Shown here piece by piece: positions 51,060 to 64,000 of a stretch of 64,000 nt of DNA. A model generated the notes under the pieces. That model saw nothing but the letters and a program-made list of their open reading frames with translations. It ran no database searches and was not told where the DNA came from. The position numbers were made by a program, and so were the translations under genes. This DNA comes from Octopus vulgaris (lineage: Eukaryota): contig OX597843.1 in the NCBI GenBank assembly GCA_951406725.2, positions 10,416,001-10,480,000 on the forward strand, read 5' to 3'. Each line of letters starts with the position of its first letter. Positions within the stretch are counted from its first letter, which is position 1.

Positions 51060-51390
51060 GTAAGAGAACCTTCCGTTTCGCGACCGTTGCCAGCACCGCC
51101 CCATTTCGTGTCCATTGCCAGCCTCGCCTGGCCCTCGTGCCGGTGGCACATAAAAAGCACCATCCGTTCGTGGCCGTTTGCCAGCTCTGTCTGGCACCTG
51201 TGCGGGTGGCACGTAAAAAGCACCCACTACACTCACGGAGTGGTTGGCGTTAGGAAGGGCATCCAGCCGTAGAAACACTGCCAGATTTGACTGGGCCTGA
51301 TGAAGCCTTCTGGCTTCACAGACCCCAGTAGAACCGTCCAACCCATGCTAGCATGGAAAACGGACGCTAAACGATGATGATGATGATGAA
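51060..51390 (+). mobile_element. Non-autonomous retroelement with (GAT)n tail (also ~55503-55690 and ~56630-56795)
   Basis: GGAGTGGTTGGCGTTAGGAAGGGCATCCAGC...GGACGCTAAACGATGATG shared among copies. Confidence 0.7.
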
Positions 51391-51410
51391 ACTGAAAGAA
51401 GCCCGCCGTA

Positions 51411-51501
<91 letters not shown>

Positions 51502-52609
51502 GCGTGTTCTTCTACCATGGAAGAAGTTTCGTGGGAATATGTGGATTTTACAAGTGGTCCCCAACAATCCCACATGTGGAGACATCCTGTTTGTCGCAGA
51601 TAGATTGTCCATAGATGCAGGGACAGAATGACTGAGGAACCACTGGTTGCCGAAACAGACACTCCGAGGATTTTCTGCCAGGTTGTGGCCCTAATACCAC
51701 TCGGTGTCAGACCAATCTGCCTTGGGTGGCCCTACCAGGAACCGAAGTTCCTAACGGCATAGCTCTGACACTAATGAGTGAACACACATGTAGTTGTAGT
51801 TTGTCCATCGATGCGACGAAGACCATCTAGTCATCCTGGGGTGGGAGTGGGTTTTTTTTGTGAGTAAGGAGTGGAAAGAAGGATGAAAGATAACTTGTGC
51901 AAGGAAACTTTGTTTAAAGTGAGGAATGGTTGCACATCGCCGACCTCAACCTCTTGTCTGAGATCATCTTAACCAGTGGCAAGACCAGATCGAGACGACT
52001 GGGGACAGAACCAGATTCAGTGAATGACCAAGATGTCCTATAGTGCCTCATCTTGCCCCATGCACTCCACGGTGCCCTGCTGTAACCGCCCTCTTCTCTG
52101 GTGAAACCATTCTGGTGGTTTCTTCTGTAGAGTCAGCCGGCTCCAGTCTTCGTATACCCTTCCCCCCACCCCTAACCCTAACGAACCCTAACCCTAAAAC
52201 AGATTGAAATGCAATAGATCGATACTAGGGTCATAATTATGGGTGACAATTTCATATGACACCGCTAGAAAAAAACTGCCGTTCAAACGGAAAAGCTCTG
52301 ACGTTTGTTCTACAGAGCCAGAGGCAGTTTCAGCTGGTTTGGTATCAAAAGGGTTAAGTATAGTAATATATAGTATAGAACACATCTGTTGGTCTTGAGA
52401 GGCCATAGATATGCATCCATAGAAATAATGTCAGCTGTTGATGGGAGAGGCCCTCATGGGACTGGCAGTCATGTCTACAGCAAATGCATTTGAAGGAGAT
52501 CTCTCTGCTGGCTCTACTGGTTTTTCCTTCCGTCAAGTGTGTTTTTCCTTGGTGGCGAGTTCCTGTTTTTCTTTCCCTCACTTCATCTCCTTTTGCACTC
52601 ACGCAGCAA

Positions 52610-52616
52610 TTATATA

Positions 52617-52660
<44 letters not shown>

Positions 52661-52757
52661 ACACATACACACACATACATACATATATATATATATATGT
52701 GTGTGTGTATGTAGATATACATATATATGTATATATATATGTGTGTGTATATATATA

Positions 52758-52796
<39 letters not shown>

Positions 52797-53233
52797 ATAT
52801 ATGTGTGTGTATATATATACGTATATATATGTGTATATATACATATATGTATATATATGTGTATATATACATATATGTATATATATGTGTATATGTATAT
52901 ATATGTGTATATATACATATATGTATATATATGTGTATATATATATGTATGTATATATATGTGTGTGTATATATATATGTATATATGTGTATATATACAT
53001 ATATGTATATATATGTGTATATATATATGTGTATATATATGTATATATATGTGTATATATATGTATATATATATGTGTGTATGTATATATATATGTATAT
53101 GTATATATATATGTATATATATATGTATATATATGTGTATATATATATGTGTATATATATGTATATATATATGTATATATATATGTATATATATGTATAT
53201 ATATATATGTGTATGTATATATATATGTGTATA

Positions 53234-53273
<40 letters not shown>
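52610..53273. repeat. Compound (AT)n/(GT)n microsatellite
   Basis: Directly visible. Confidence 0.95.
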
Positions 53274-53279
<6 letters not shown>

Positions 53280-54301
53280 TGTGTGAGAACTCAAAAATCA
53301 CTCTTTCAAAAACATCTAGAATTTCAAAAAAAAAAAGTTGACCACAGCCATACAACTATTCTTTAATGAATACAAAAGAACAAGACCTGGAAATGCAATT
53401 ATAATTTTCACTGTAGAAATTCAAAAACGACATGTGGTTTTTCAATTAAGAACCTTGACCACTACAAAATTTTAACCACACCTCTTTACCTCTCCCACAG
53501 AAATGAATACAAAGGAATAGAGAAACAAGACCTGGAAATGCAATTATAATTTTTACTGAAGAAAGTCTGGTTTTTCAATTAAAACCATGACCAATTCAAA
53601 TACAAAAATTCTTTTTCCTTCCACACCCTAAAAGACCAGGAAGTACTAAACAAACAAGTCTGACCATACCAATATAAAAGTTATGACTCTTTACCTCCCC
53701 ATCCTTCTTGAAAAAATTTTTATCTTCTTTCTTGGCAAACCCCACAAAATTTTTTATATATAAAAAGGCCAAGTATCTAACTTTAAACCACTTTTTGATA
53801 AATCCAACAATGGAAGAAAGTGCTGAAAGTGTAAATGAAATATAAGTGAAATGTAAATAAAAAAATATATATAATCATCCAACATTCTGACTACCTTATT
53901 ATTCTAAATATATATATATATCTAATATAATAAATGTGGAAACTAATTTCTGTGTGTCAGTGTATCACACTTTGACCCCGCTCTCTCACTATTCAATGAC
54001 ACTTCCACTGTTCCTCATGATGAGGTGAGAGTAATAGTAGGCATAGAGATGGTGAGGGCAGTGGTGAAGAGAGAGAGAGGGAGAGAGAGAGAAAGAAAGA
54101 AGAGAGGGTGAGAAAGTGAGACAAATAAATTTAGGGGGAGTTGATGATGTTTTATTAAAAGTAGTAGTGTCGACAAATATGGTCATCATTGGGATATGAC
54201 TCTGGAGGAAGCAACTGCAACAAATTCTCCAAAACAAGTCAGAGATCTGTTTGCAGATCTTCCCATTCAGAGTCAGTTGCTTAAAAGCTATATACTAGCT
54301 T

Positions 54302-54830
54302 AGAGGCGCAATGGCCCAGTGGTTAGGGCAGCGGACTCGCGGTTGTAGGATCGCGGTTTCGATTCCCAGACCAGGCATTGTGAGTGTTTATTGAGCGAAA
54401 ACACCTAAAGCATCACGAGGCTCCTGCAAGGGGTGATAGTGAACCCTGCTGTACTCTTTCGCCACAACTTTCTCTCACTCTTTCTTCCTGTTTCTGTAAG
54501 AGTTTCTGTAATTTCCGGGCATTGTGAGTGTTTATTGAGCGAAAACACCTAAAGCTCCACGAGGCTCTGGTAGGGGATGGTGGTGATCCCTGCTGTACTC
54601 TTTAACCACAACATATCTCACTCTTACTTCCTGTTTCTGTTGTACCTGTATTTCAAAGGGCCGGCCTTGTCATTCTCTGTGTCATGCTGAATATCCTCGA
54701 GAACTACGTTAAGGGTACACGTGTCTGTGGAGTGCTCAGCCACTTACACGTTAATTCCACGAGCAAGCTGTTCTGTTGATCCTATCAACCGGAACCCTCG
54801 TCGTCGTAACCGACGGAGTGCTTCCATCCA
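54302..54830 (+). mobile_element. tRNA-derived SINE type C with internal duplication (heads also at ~50583 and ~63398)
   Basis: GAGGCGCAATGGCCCAGTGGTTAGGGCAGCGG (A box)...GGTTTCGATTCCC (B box). Confidence 0.8.
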
Positions 54831-57587
54831 GTATAGACAAATATGGTCATCATTGGGATATGACTCTGGAGGAAGCAATTGCAACAAATTCTCCAAAACA
54901 AGTCAGAGATCTGTTTGCAGATCTCCCCATTCGCGGTCAGTTGCTTCAAAGCTATACACCAGCTTAAAACGCTGCCCTAACCACTAAGCCATGCACCTTC
55001 GCTTCAGTCCAATGATTTCAACAAGTAAAGGATAAGATAATCTTAGTCGTCATTAGAATCATTGCCATTGTGAAAGTCATCTTCATCGTGGTAATTATCA
55101 TCATCGTCTGTCGATTACAATTTGCGCTTGTGTTGCGCACAATGGACAAACACTAATCTTATTCGTTTATTAATGTCCTAATTTATAAATGTCCACTTGT
55201 CACTGTTGCCTCATAAATTAGATAAATGGAGCTCCTGTTCTAATTGATAATTAAAGTCAACTGATAAATGTTTATCTCATTCTAATTATGTTTTGATGTC
55301 GTCTCAACGCTTAGGCATAGTTGTGTAATAAGACGTCTGCTTCGCAGCAGCATGGTTCCAGGTTCAGTCCCACTGCAAAGCACACTTTGAGCAAGCATCT
55401 TTAACTATAGCCCTAGGCTGACCAAAGCCTTGTGAGTGGCTTTGGTAGACAGAAACTGAAAGAAGCCCGTCGTATATATACACATATATATATATATATA
55501 TGTAAAAAGCACGTAAAAAGCACCCACTACACTCGCGGAGTGGTTGGCGTTAGGAAGGGCATCCAGCCGTAGAAACTCTGCCAGATCAGACTGGAGCCTG
55601 GAGCAGCCCTGGCTTCCCAGACGCCGGTCGAACCGTCCAACCCGTGCTAGCGCGGAAAACGGACGTTAAACGATGATGATGATGATGATATATTAACTGG
55701 TGTTGTTCAAGCGATGAATAGCTTCGCGTAAACCATTGGTTTGTTTTGTTCTCTTACTTTATTATCATCTTATAATCATCTCATAATAATGACTTTTATG
55801 ACTTTTATTACTACCTCAGTCAATCTAAATGTATATATTTGTCGCTACCTGTCATAAATAGCCTTTTTCTATTTGCAATATGCATTTTCGTTGATTTTTC
55901 ATATTTTACCCTTACATTTCCACGTGTATTTTATATTTTCTTTTTGTAACATATTTCTACTATATATATATATATATATATTAGAAGAAATGAGGTAATC
56001 AGAAGATTGGATGGTTTATATTTACAGATATTTATTTATATATTACATTTTTTACATATATATCATATCACTTAGATCATTAGCGCTTTCTCCCATTCTA
56101 GTGGGGTTTTCAAATCAAACTAATTTCCTTTGTGGGGAATTTTAATCATTTTATAGAGTTTCGTAGTGGTGGGGAGGAATATAAGACAGTACAAGTGGGT
56201 GAGGTGGATGAGGAGAAAGTGAGAGAGAGAACATGTGTGTATACACACACACAGAGGCACACACTGCACACAAAACACACACACAACATATACATACACG
56301 CACGCACACACACACACATACTTCAAACTACCAGATAAACACCTTTCTACTGACCATTCTCCTATGCACATTTGAAGGGAGACCCACAAATGACAGCCAC
56401 TCCTACCAACAATTCTTACTATAAATTCTTCCTACAACAATAAGTCAGGCGAGGCGATTTGCTTGACTAAAGGCGGTGCTCCAGCATGGTCGCAGTCAAA
56501 TGGCTGAAACAACTAAAAGAGTAAAGAAATATATCCCTGATGAAGTGGATTGCCTGCAAGAGCCCTGGGTCTAGAGCTTCATAAAAAGCACTTGTGCCAG
56601 CACCGTGTTCAAATGCTTGCAGTAGTGGTACATTAAAAGTACCCGACACACGCTGTAAAGTGGTTGGCATTAGGAAGAGCATCCGGCAGCTGCAGAAACC
56701 AGGCCACATCAGACTGGAATCTTGTGCAGCTCTCATCAACCTGTCCAACCCATACCAGCATGGAAATGGACATTAAAGGATGATGATGGTGATGATATAT
56801 ATATATGTGTCTTGGTCAGTAGACTGCGGTCATATTGGGACACCACCTTAGAGAAATTTTTTAGTCAAATGAATTGACCTCAGCACTTGTTTCTGAAAGC
56901 CTGGTACTTAATCTATCAGTCTCTTTTGCTGAACTGTTAAGTTATGGGATGTAAACACACTGGCACCGGTTGTCAAGTAGTAGTGAGGAGCAAACACAGA
57001 CACAAAGATATGCACACACACACACACAATGGGCTTCTTTCAGTTTCCATCTACCAAAACCACTCACAAGGCTTTGGTCCGCCTGAGGCTATCGTAGAAG
57101 ACACTTGCCCGAGGTGTCACACAGTGGGACTGAACCCAGAACCATGTGGCTTGGAAGCAAGCTTCTTACCACACAGCCACATCTCATGTGTTCTAAGCCA
57201 GAAGATTGCTTGGAGACACAGGTCATGTTATACAAATCTGCCTAATGTCAGTGTCTCCATGGCAAGAAACTATTCATAACTCTTGTTTTAAACACTGTGT
57301 ACATTAAGTGATATTTATCTCTCACAGTAAACTATATATAAATGGATGGTGTTAGCTGTGGTAGTGGTGATGAAGAGTGTGATGGTTGTTGCTGATTATG
57401 TGAGGTCAGTCATGAGTAAACAAACCTATGATCAAAGCCATTCCACTTGTGATCATCCCATTCTATCAGTTCATATATCTAACAAACATTTATGGCTGTT
57501 TCTATCTAAAGCCTGACAGCAGTTTTATTTCTTCTCCTTAATTGTAAGGCTTCAAAGAATTAAAGAGATGTACATATAATATATTAT

Positions 57588-57830
57588 AATCAAAATAAGA
57601 AAATAAGCAACAAGAATATCTTCAGTAATTTGGTACGATCGTTTCACGCTACATCATTTTATTAAACATTGTAAGTACTACAACAGTTTTAAAATGCTGA
57701 GCAACAGTTTTAAAATGTTGATGATTGCTCAACATTTTAAAACTGTTGTAATACTTACAATGTTTGATAAAATGATGTAGCATGAAACGATCGTACCAAA
57801 TTACCGAAGATATTCTTGTTGCTTATTTTG

Positions 57831-57833
<3 letters not shown>
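57588..57833. repeat. Long inverted repeat, ~105-bp arms
   Basis: Arms are reverse complements with about 5 mismatches around a ~20-bp spacer. Confidence 0.9.
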
Positions 57834-57861
<28 letters not shown>

Positions 57862-58498
57862 GACCGCGTGTGTACCGTTGGTGATTTTTTTTCCTCCGTC
57901 TTCCCTTCTCTGGATCTTTCCTTTTCCTATGTTTCTGATGAAAAGCTCCGCTCGAAATGTAAAACCCTCCTTCTTCCCTTCCTTCCTGAGCGTCCAATAA
58001 TACTATATTTGTTCCACGTCCTCACATTGTTGTGTTTTCATGTTTGGATTAACTATATATATAGTAGGCGCGGGCATGGCTGTGTGGTTAGGGAGCTTGC
58101 TTCCTAGCTACATGGTTTTGGGTTCAGTCCCACTGCGTGGCACTTTGGGTAGGTGTCTTCCACTACAGCCCCGAGCCGACTGGAGCTTTGTGATTGAATT
58201 CGGTAGGTGGAAGTTACTGCCGTGTGTGTATGTGTACGTATAGCTGCTCAGTGCCTCTCCGAAAGAGAGAGAGAGAGAGAGGGGATATATATATAAAAAA
58301 AACCATGTGTTGAGTTTTATTTTCCTATTTTTATTACTAAACCTATATATATACTCTTTACTCTCTCTTTTACTTGTTTCAGTCATTTGACTGTGGTCAT
58401 GCTGGAGCACCGCCTTTAATCGAGCAACTCGACCCCGGGACTTGTTCTTTGTAAGCCCAGTACTTATTCTATCGGTCTCTTTTGCCGAACCGCTAAGT

Positions 58499-58534
<36 letters not shown>

Positions 58535-58535
<1 letters not shown>

Positions 58536-58790
58536 CATTATATAAAAGGGCTTAGTAAAATAAATTACTTTGCCACATACTGAACTCATTAGAAATAGCA
58601 GCTAAAAAAAACTTTTTAAAACTATTTCTAATACTTAAAGAATACTTTCGTGAGTTGAATTGAGCAAGCACTATATGAGAGAGATTTTCTTTAAGTATTA
58701 GAAATAGTTTTAAAAAGTTTTTTAGCTGCTATTTCTAATGAGTTCAGTATGTGGCAAAGTAATTTATTTTACTAAGCTTTTATATAATGT
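58535..58790. repeat. Long inverted repeat, ~110-bp arms
   Basis: ACATTATATAAAAG...CTTAAAGAA mirrored by TTCTTTAAG...CTTTTATATAATGT. Confidence 0.9.
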
Positions 58791-59576
58791 AATAATTTGA
58801 ATTCGCCTTAAATGGTCCCTTTACATACTGAACACTTGGTGAAATTGATTAATAATTAATTAATTAATTTTACCCTCAATTGTTGAAATATATATATATA
58901 TATATATATGATTATATGATCAAACAGATTCCAATTAGGGTTGGGTTTGTTGGTCTGCATCAGTAAGGTTTCTACTATATAGCAAAATCGATAAAAAAAC
59001 CCACAAACTGTGGTGAACTTCTGTGAACAATGTCCTTCTTCCGAGAAAAGTTGAAAGCAAACAAAGTTACAAGAAACTTCCTCTGTATGTAGACTTATCA
59101 AACATTTAAACATATACATACGCATACCCATAGATACTGACAGACAGACAAACACACCCACACACACAATAAATAAATGCATGTAATTTATTTTCATGAC
59201 AACTTGATATACCTGCTAGCTTTTCTATTCATTACTTTTTCAATCTAAATTTGTTGAAATTAATGAAATACCAAGATTAAACGTTCTTGAAGCTAAATCT
59301 CGTATCAGGTTTTATTTATTTTTCAGTGGTGGTGGTCTTGTGATGTTGGTGGTGATGTTGGTATTTATAGCAAATGTGATGATGATTGTGATAATGAAGG
59401 TGTGGCCGTTGGTGGTTGTGGTGGTGGTAGGTGTTGTGGTTGTTGTTAGTTGTACTTGTTGTAGTGTTGGTGGTAGTTGTTTAGATGAGTGCGTTACAAC
59501 CTATTTTCATTTGCAGTACACCTTTGTTCTTTTCAAAATTCGGTGTCACACCTGAGCTAAAAATATAACTAAAAGT

Positions 59577-59795
59577 ACTCTCTTACTCTTCTACTCTTTT
59601 ACTTGTTTCAGTCATTTGACTGCGGCCATACTGGAGCACCGCCTTTAGTCGAGCAACTCGACCCCTGGACTTATTCTTTTGTAAGCCCAGTACTTATTCT
59701 ACCGGTCTCTTTTGCCGAACCGCTAAGTAACAGGGACATAAACACACCAGCATCGGTTGTCATGCAATGCTAGGGGGACAAACACAGACACACAA

Positions 59796-59826
<31 letters not shown>

Positions 59827-59982
59827 CATATATATGATGGGCTTCTTTCAGTTTCCGTCTACCAAATTTACTCACAAGGTTTTGGTCGGCCCGAGGCTAT
59901 AGTAGAAAACACTTGCCTAAGGTGCCACGAAGTGGGACTGAACCCGGGACCATGTGGTTGGTAGACAAGCTACTTACCACAC
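59577..59982 (-). mobile_element. SINE type A
   Basis: Family body and tail. Confidence 0.85.
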
Positions 59983-60103
59983 ACCTAGCATTGTCTCGCA
60001 GCACACCAGTGTGCCACAGCATGCTGGTTGTGGAGCACTGTTCTATTAGAGCCACTGTGTCACCACACAAACAATTAGCTCCCACAATGACTATTATAAC
60101 TAA

Positions 60104-60535
60104 TATTCTTTTCTACTCTAGGCACAAGGCCCGAAATTTTGGGGGAGAGGGCCAATCGATTAAATTGACCCCAGTATACAACTGCTACTTAATTTATCGA
60201 CCCTGAAAGGATGAAAGTTGACGTCTGTGGAATTTGAACTCAGAACGTAAAGACAGACGAAATACCGCTAAGCATTTTGCCCGACGTGCTAACGTTTCTG
60301 CCAGCTCACCGTCTACATATTCTTCTCTACTCTAGGTACCAGGCTTGAAATTTTGGGGGAGTGGGCCCAGTAGATTAGATCAATCCCAGTACACAACTGG
60401 TACTTAATTTATCGTCCCTGAAAAGATAAAAAGCAAAGTCGACCTCGGCAGAATTTGAACTCAGAATGTAAAGACAGATGAAATACCACTAAGTATTTTG
60501 CCCAGTGTGCTAACGTTTCTGCCACCTTGCCGCCT
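60104..60535 (-). mobile_element. Two tandem copies of a SINE type B variant with an alternative tail
   Basis: Same head and central domain as type B; tail CCCCCAAAATTTCGGGCCTTGTGCCTAGAGTAGAAAAGAATA. Confidence 0.8.
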
Positions 60536-61457
60536 TTATTCTGGCTCAAGGCTGGAAATTTTGGGGGAAGAGGCCAGTTGGCGGAATAACTACTATATTA
60601 ACTAGTAACTACTGGAGCTCCTACTACTAACTATTCTAGTCTCCACAACTGCAACTACCACTACATAAATATTTAGCTACCATAATAACTATTATAACAA
60701 GTATTAACTATTAAAAGTACAACAATAAATATCATTCCGTCTACCAAATCCACTCACAAGGCTTTCGTCGGTCCGAGGCTATAGCAGAAGACACTTGCGC
60801 AAGGTGCCACGCAGTGGGACTGCACCCAGAACCATGTGGTTGGTAAGCAAGCTACTTGCCACACAGCCACTCCTGCGCCTGTGTTATTCATTTATATTAT
60901 GAGAGATAGATAAATAGATATGTATATGTCTTAATGATGGGCTTCAACCAAATCCACGGTCAATTTGCTCAAGGTGCCACGCAGTGGGACTGAACCCGGA
61001 ACCATGTGGTTGGTAAGCAAGGTACTTACCACACAGCCACTCCTGCGCCTATATATGATTGTTATCGTAATCATTAGCATTTTAAGTCCATTTCTCGCAT
61101 GTCAGTTGTTTCTTGTCGGGTTATCAAATGTAAAGTTTCCCTTTCTAGGCATTGGTTAATCCATCACTATGGTACAAGACAGTTGCCAAGGTGTCCCACA
61201 GCGGAATCCTACGGGGAGGCCTGCGGTTGCAAAGCAAGATTGTTAATCACACAGCAAGGCTTAAATGCCGAGAGCACAAACGATTGCTGCTAAACCAATA
61301 CAACTGAGACGTGGTAAACATCGACTGACATTTCTTGTTAATTGACAAGAGACAACGTACTTGCAGCTATAATAATAACACACGACAGGAGATGAAACCC
61401 CACAAGAAATGGTGATATTTCTAGATGCCAGTCACACACACACACTCACACTCATAT

Positions 61458-61659
61458 ACTCTTTTACTCTTTTACTTGTTTCAGTCATTTGACTGCGGCC
61501 ATGCTGGAGCACCGCCTTTAGTCGAGCAAATCGACCCCAGGACTTATTCTTTGGAAGCCTAGTACTTATTCTATCGGTCTCTTTTGCCGAACCGCTAAGT
61601 GACGGGGACGTAAACACACCAGCATCGGTTGTCAAGCAATGCTAGGGGGACAAACACAG

Positions 61660-61694
<35 letters not shown>

Positions 61695-61845
61695 CATATA
61701 TATGACAGGCTTCTTTCAGTTTCCGTCTACCAAATCCACTCACAAGGCATTGGTTGGCCCGGGGCTATAGCGAAAGACACTTGCCCAAGATGCCACGCAG
61801 TGGGACTGAACCCAGAACCATGTGGTTGGTTAGCAAGCTACTTAC
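61458..61845 (-). mobile_element. SINE type A
   Basis: Family body and tail. Confidence 0.85.
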
Positions 61846-61984
61846 ACACACACACACACACACACATATTCTCTCTTTTTCTTTGGTTCTATCTTTGTCC
61901 TAAAGAGTATTCAGATTGAAGATCGTTCTTGGGCAAACTTTAAAATAATGCTTTAGAATAACTATGTATGTATGTATGTATGAC

Positions 61985-62390
61985 TGACCGCGTGTGTACC
62001 GTTGGCGATTTTTTTTTTCCTCTGTCTTCCCTTCTCTGGATCTTTCCTTCTCCTATGTTTCCGACGAAGAGCTCCGCTCGTAACATTAAACCCACCTTCT
62101 TCCCTTCTTTTCTGAGCGTCCAATAATACTATATTTGTTCCACGTCCTCGCATTACTGTTTTTTCTTGTGCTTTCTTGTTTGGATTAACTATATATATAT
62201 ATATAGTATTTTCCTCTGTCTTCCCTTCTCTGGATCTTTCCTTCTGCTATGTTTCCGACAAAGAGCCCCGCTCGAAACGTCAAACCCTCCTTCTTCCCTT
62301 CTTTCCTGAGCGTCCAATAATACTTTATTTGTTCCACGTCCTCGCGTTGTTGTGGTTTTTTTTGTGCTTTCTTGTTTGTATTAACTTTAT
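61985..62390 (+). mobile_element. Two tandem copies of a ~200-bp repeat carrying a degenerate minimal hammerhead motif (Penelope-like terminal repeat candidate; also 57860-58060 and 49401-49530)
   Basis: Consensus GTTT-CTGACGA-A-GAGC(TCC)GCTC-GAAA-CG-TH-AAAC. Confidence 0.65.
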
Positions 62391-62535
62391 GTATATATGC
62401 ATGTATGTATGTATGTATGTATGTATGAATGAATGAATGAATGCATGTATATATATATATATATGCAGAGAGAAAGAACGAGATAGAAACAGACATAAAA
62501 GTAGATATCTTTAGGTGTTGAAGCATAGTGACAAT

Positions 62536-62932
62536 ACTCTTTTACTCTTTTACTTCTTTCAGTCATTTGACTGCGGCCATGCTGGAGCACCGCCTTTAGT
62601 CGAGCAAATCAACCCCAGGACTTATTCTTTGTAAGCCCAGTACTTATTTTATCGGTCTCTTTTGCCGAACTGCTAAGTGACGGGGACGTAAACACACCAG
62701 CATCGGTTGTCGTGCAATGCTAGGAGGACACACACACAAACACACACACATATATATATATATATACATATATACGACAGGCTTCTTTCAGTTTCCGTCT
62801 ACCAAATCCACTCACAAGGCATTGGTCGGCCCAGGGCTATAGCAGAAGACACTTGCCCAAGATGCCGCGCAGTGGGACTGAACCCGGAACCATGTGGTTG
62901 GTTAGCAAGCTACTTACCACACAGCCACTCCT
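62536..62932 (-). mobile_element. SINE type A, full length
   Basis: Family head, body and tail. Confidence 0.85.
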
Positions 62933-63361
62933 GGGAAGATATGCGGAATCCACTTGTTATTTATGAATCTTTTGTAACTTGGAGCTTCATTATTCTGAGC
63001 TGACCTTTATTCTAGTAAGGTTGAACATATTAAAGGATTCATGGTTAACGGCAATTCCATTAATTACATATATTAATATTGCATGATTGTCTTCGTGGGT
63101 TAACCTTATTATGCTAGGGTGACAGTTAATTAATGGTTTCTAGTTTTGGGAGGATCTGTTGCATATATATTTTTATATATATATATATTTGAGAAAACAT
63201 TCTTCGTGGAAAATAGCGATTTGATGTCTATATCTAGCATATTGACCGTCCACTTTTAGTGGTCAGTCCTTTAAATTTTGTATGTAAAAATATTTTAATC
63301 TTTGGATTTTTTTAATATGTTAGGCCACTGGTTTTAATTGATTAATATCAATTTCTACCCT

Positions 63362-63399
<38 letters not shown>

Positions 63400-63467
63400 A
63401 GGCGCAATGGCCCTGTGGTTAGGGCAGCAGACTCGTGGTCGTAGGATCGTGGTTTCGATTCCCAGAC

Positions 63468-63512
<45 letters not shown>

Positions 63513-63744
63513 ATATATATATGATTAGATGCGTTAGCTCACACACGCATGAATTTTTCTCGCCTTGTTTCTCTCCGTTGTTTTTTTCTGGTGTATCTTT
63601 CTGTTGAAGAGCGTGTTTAGGCTCCGAAAAGTAAAAAGACTTATTCTATTTCTATTCCTGAGCGCCATACTATATACAATTGTTTGTTTGTACTCTCACA
63701 CTGCACTTCATCTTTTGTTTATACATTCGTAAACCTATCCCCGT

Positions 63745-63773
63745 TTTATATATATATATATATACATATATAC

Positions 63774-63811
<38 letters not shown>

Positions 63812-63829
63812 GTACATATATATACACAC

Positions 63830-63862
<33 letters not shown>

Positions 63863-63885
63863 CATATATATACACACATATATAT

Positions 63886-63946
<61 letters not shown>

Positions 63947-64000
63947 CATACATACATATATATATATATACATACATATATATATATATATACATATATA
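63745..64000. repeat. (AT)n/(AC)n microsatellite
   Basis: Directly visible. Confidence 0.95.

Noticed and set aside
52170-52197. CCCTAA telomere-type repeats
   Set aside because: Only four interrupted units, interstitial, and 17 kb from the array
54302-54375. tRNA gene
   Set aside because: A and B boxes belong to a SINE head that continues into SINE body; no complete cloverleaf

Overview
Eukaryotic, AT-rich, repeat-dense DNA. The (AT)n/(AC)n load and the tRNA-derived SINE types suggest an octopod cephalopod (inference). No host protein-coding gene is supportable. The central feature is a 22.4-kb head-to-tail array (12838-35276) of a young Tx1/L1-group non-LTR retrotransposon: one 5'-truncated copy plus four ~5.28-kb copies, each with a CCHC ORF1 and an APE-RT-CCHC ORF2 (intact in three copies). 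All four junctions are identical to the base, with no poly(A) tail, spacer or TSD. The SNPs between copies are mostly synonymous and mutually incompatible, which points to retrotransposition-based multimerisation rather than local DNA duplication. The element's last ~45 nt match the 3' tail of a tRNA-derived SINE in the flanks, and a sister SINE tail keeps the same CUUGU-loop hairpin through compensatory changes, suggesting a stringent Tx1-SINE partnership. The flanks contain a 3.7-kb tandem duplication with a templated junction, decayed RTE/CR1/mariner/Tc1 elements, non-autonomous Helitrons, minimal hammerhead-ribozyme remnants, long palindromes, microsatellites and a 100-N gap.
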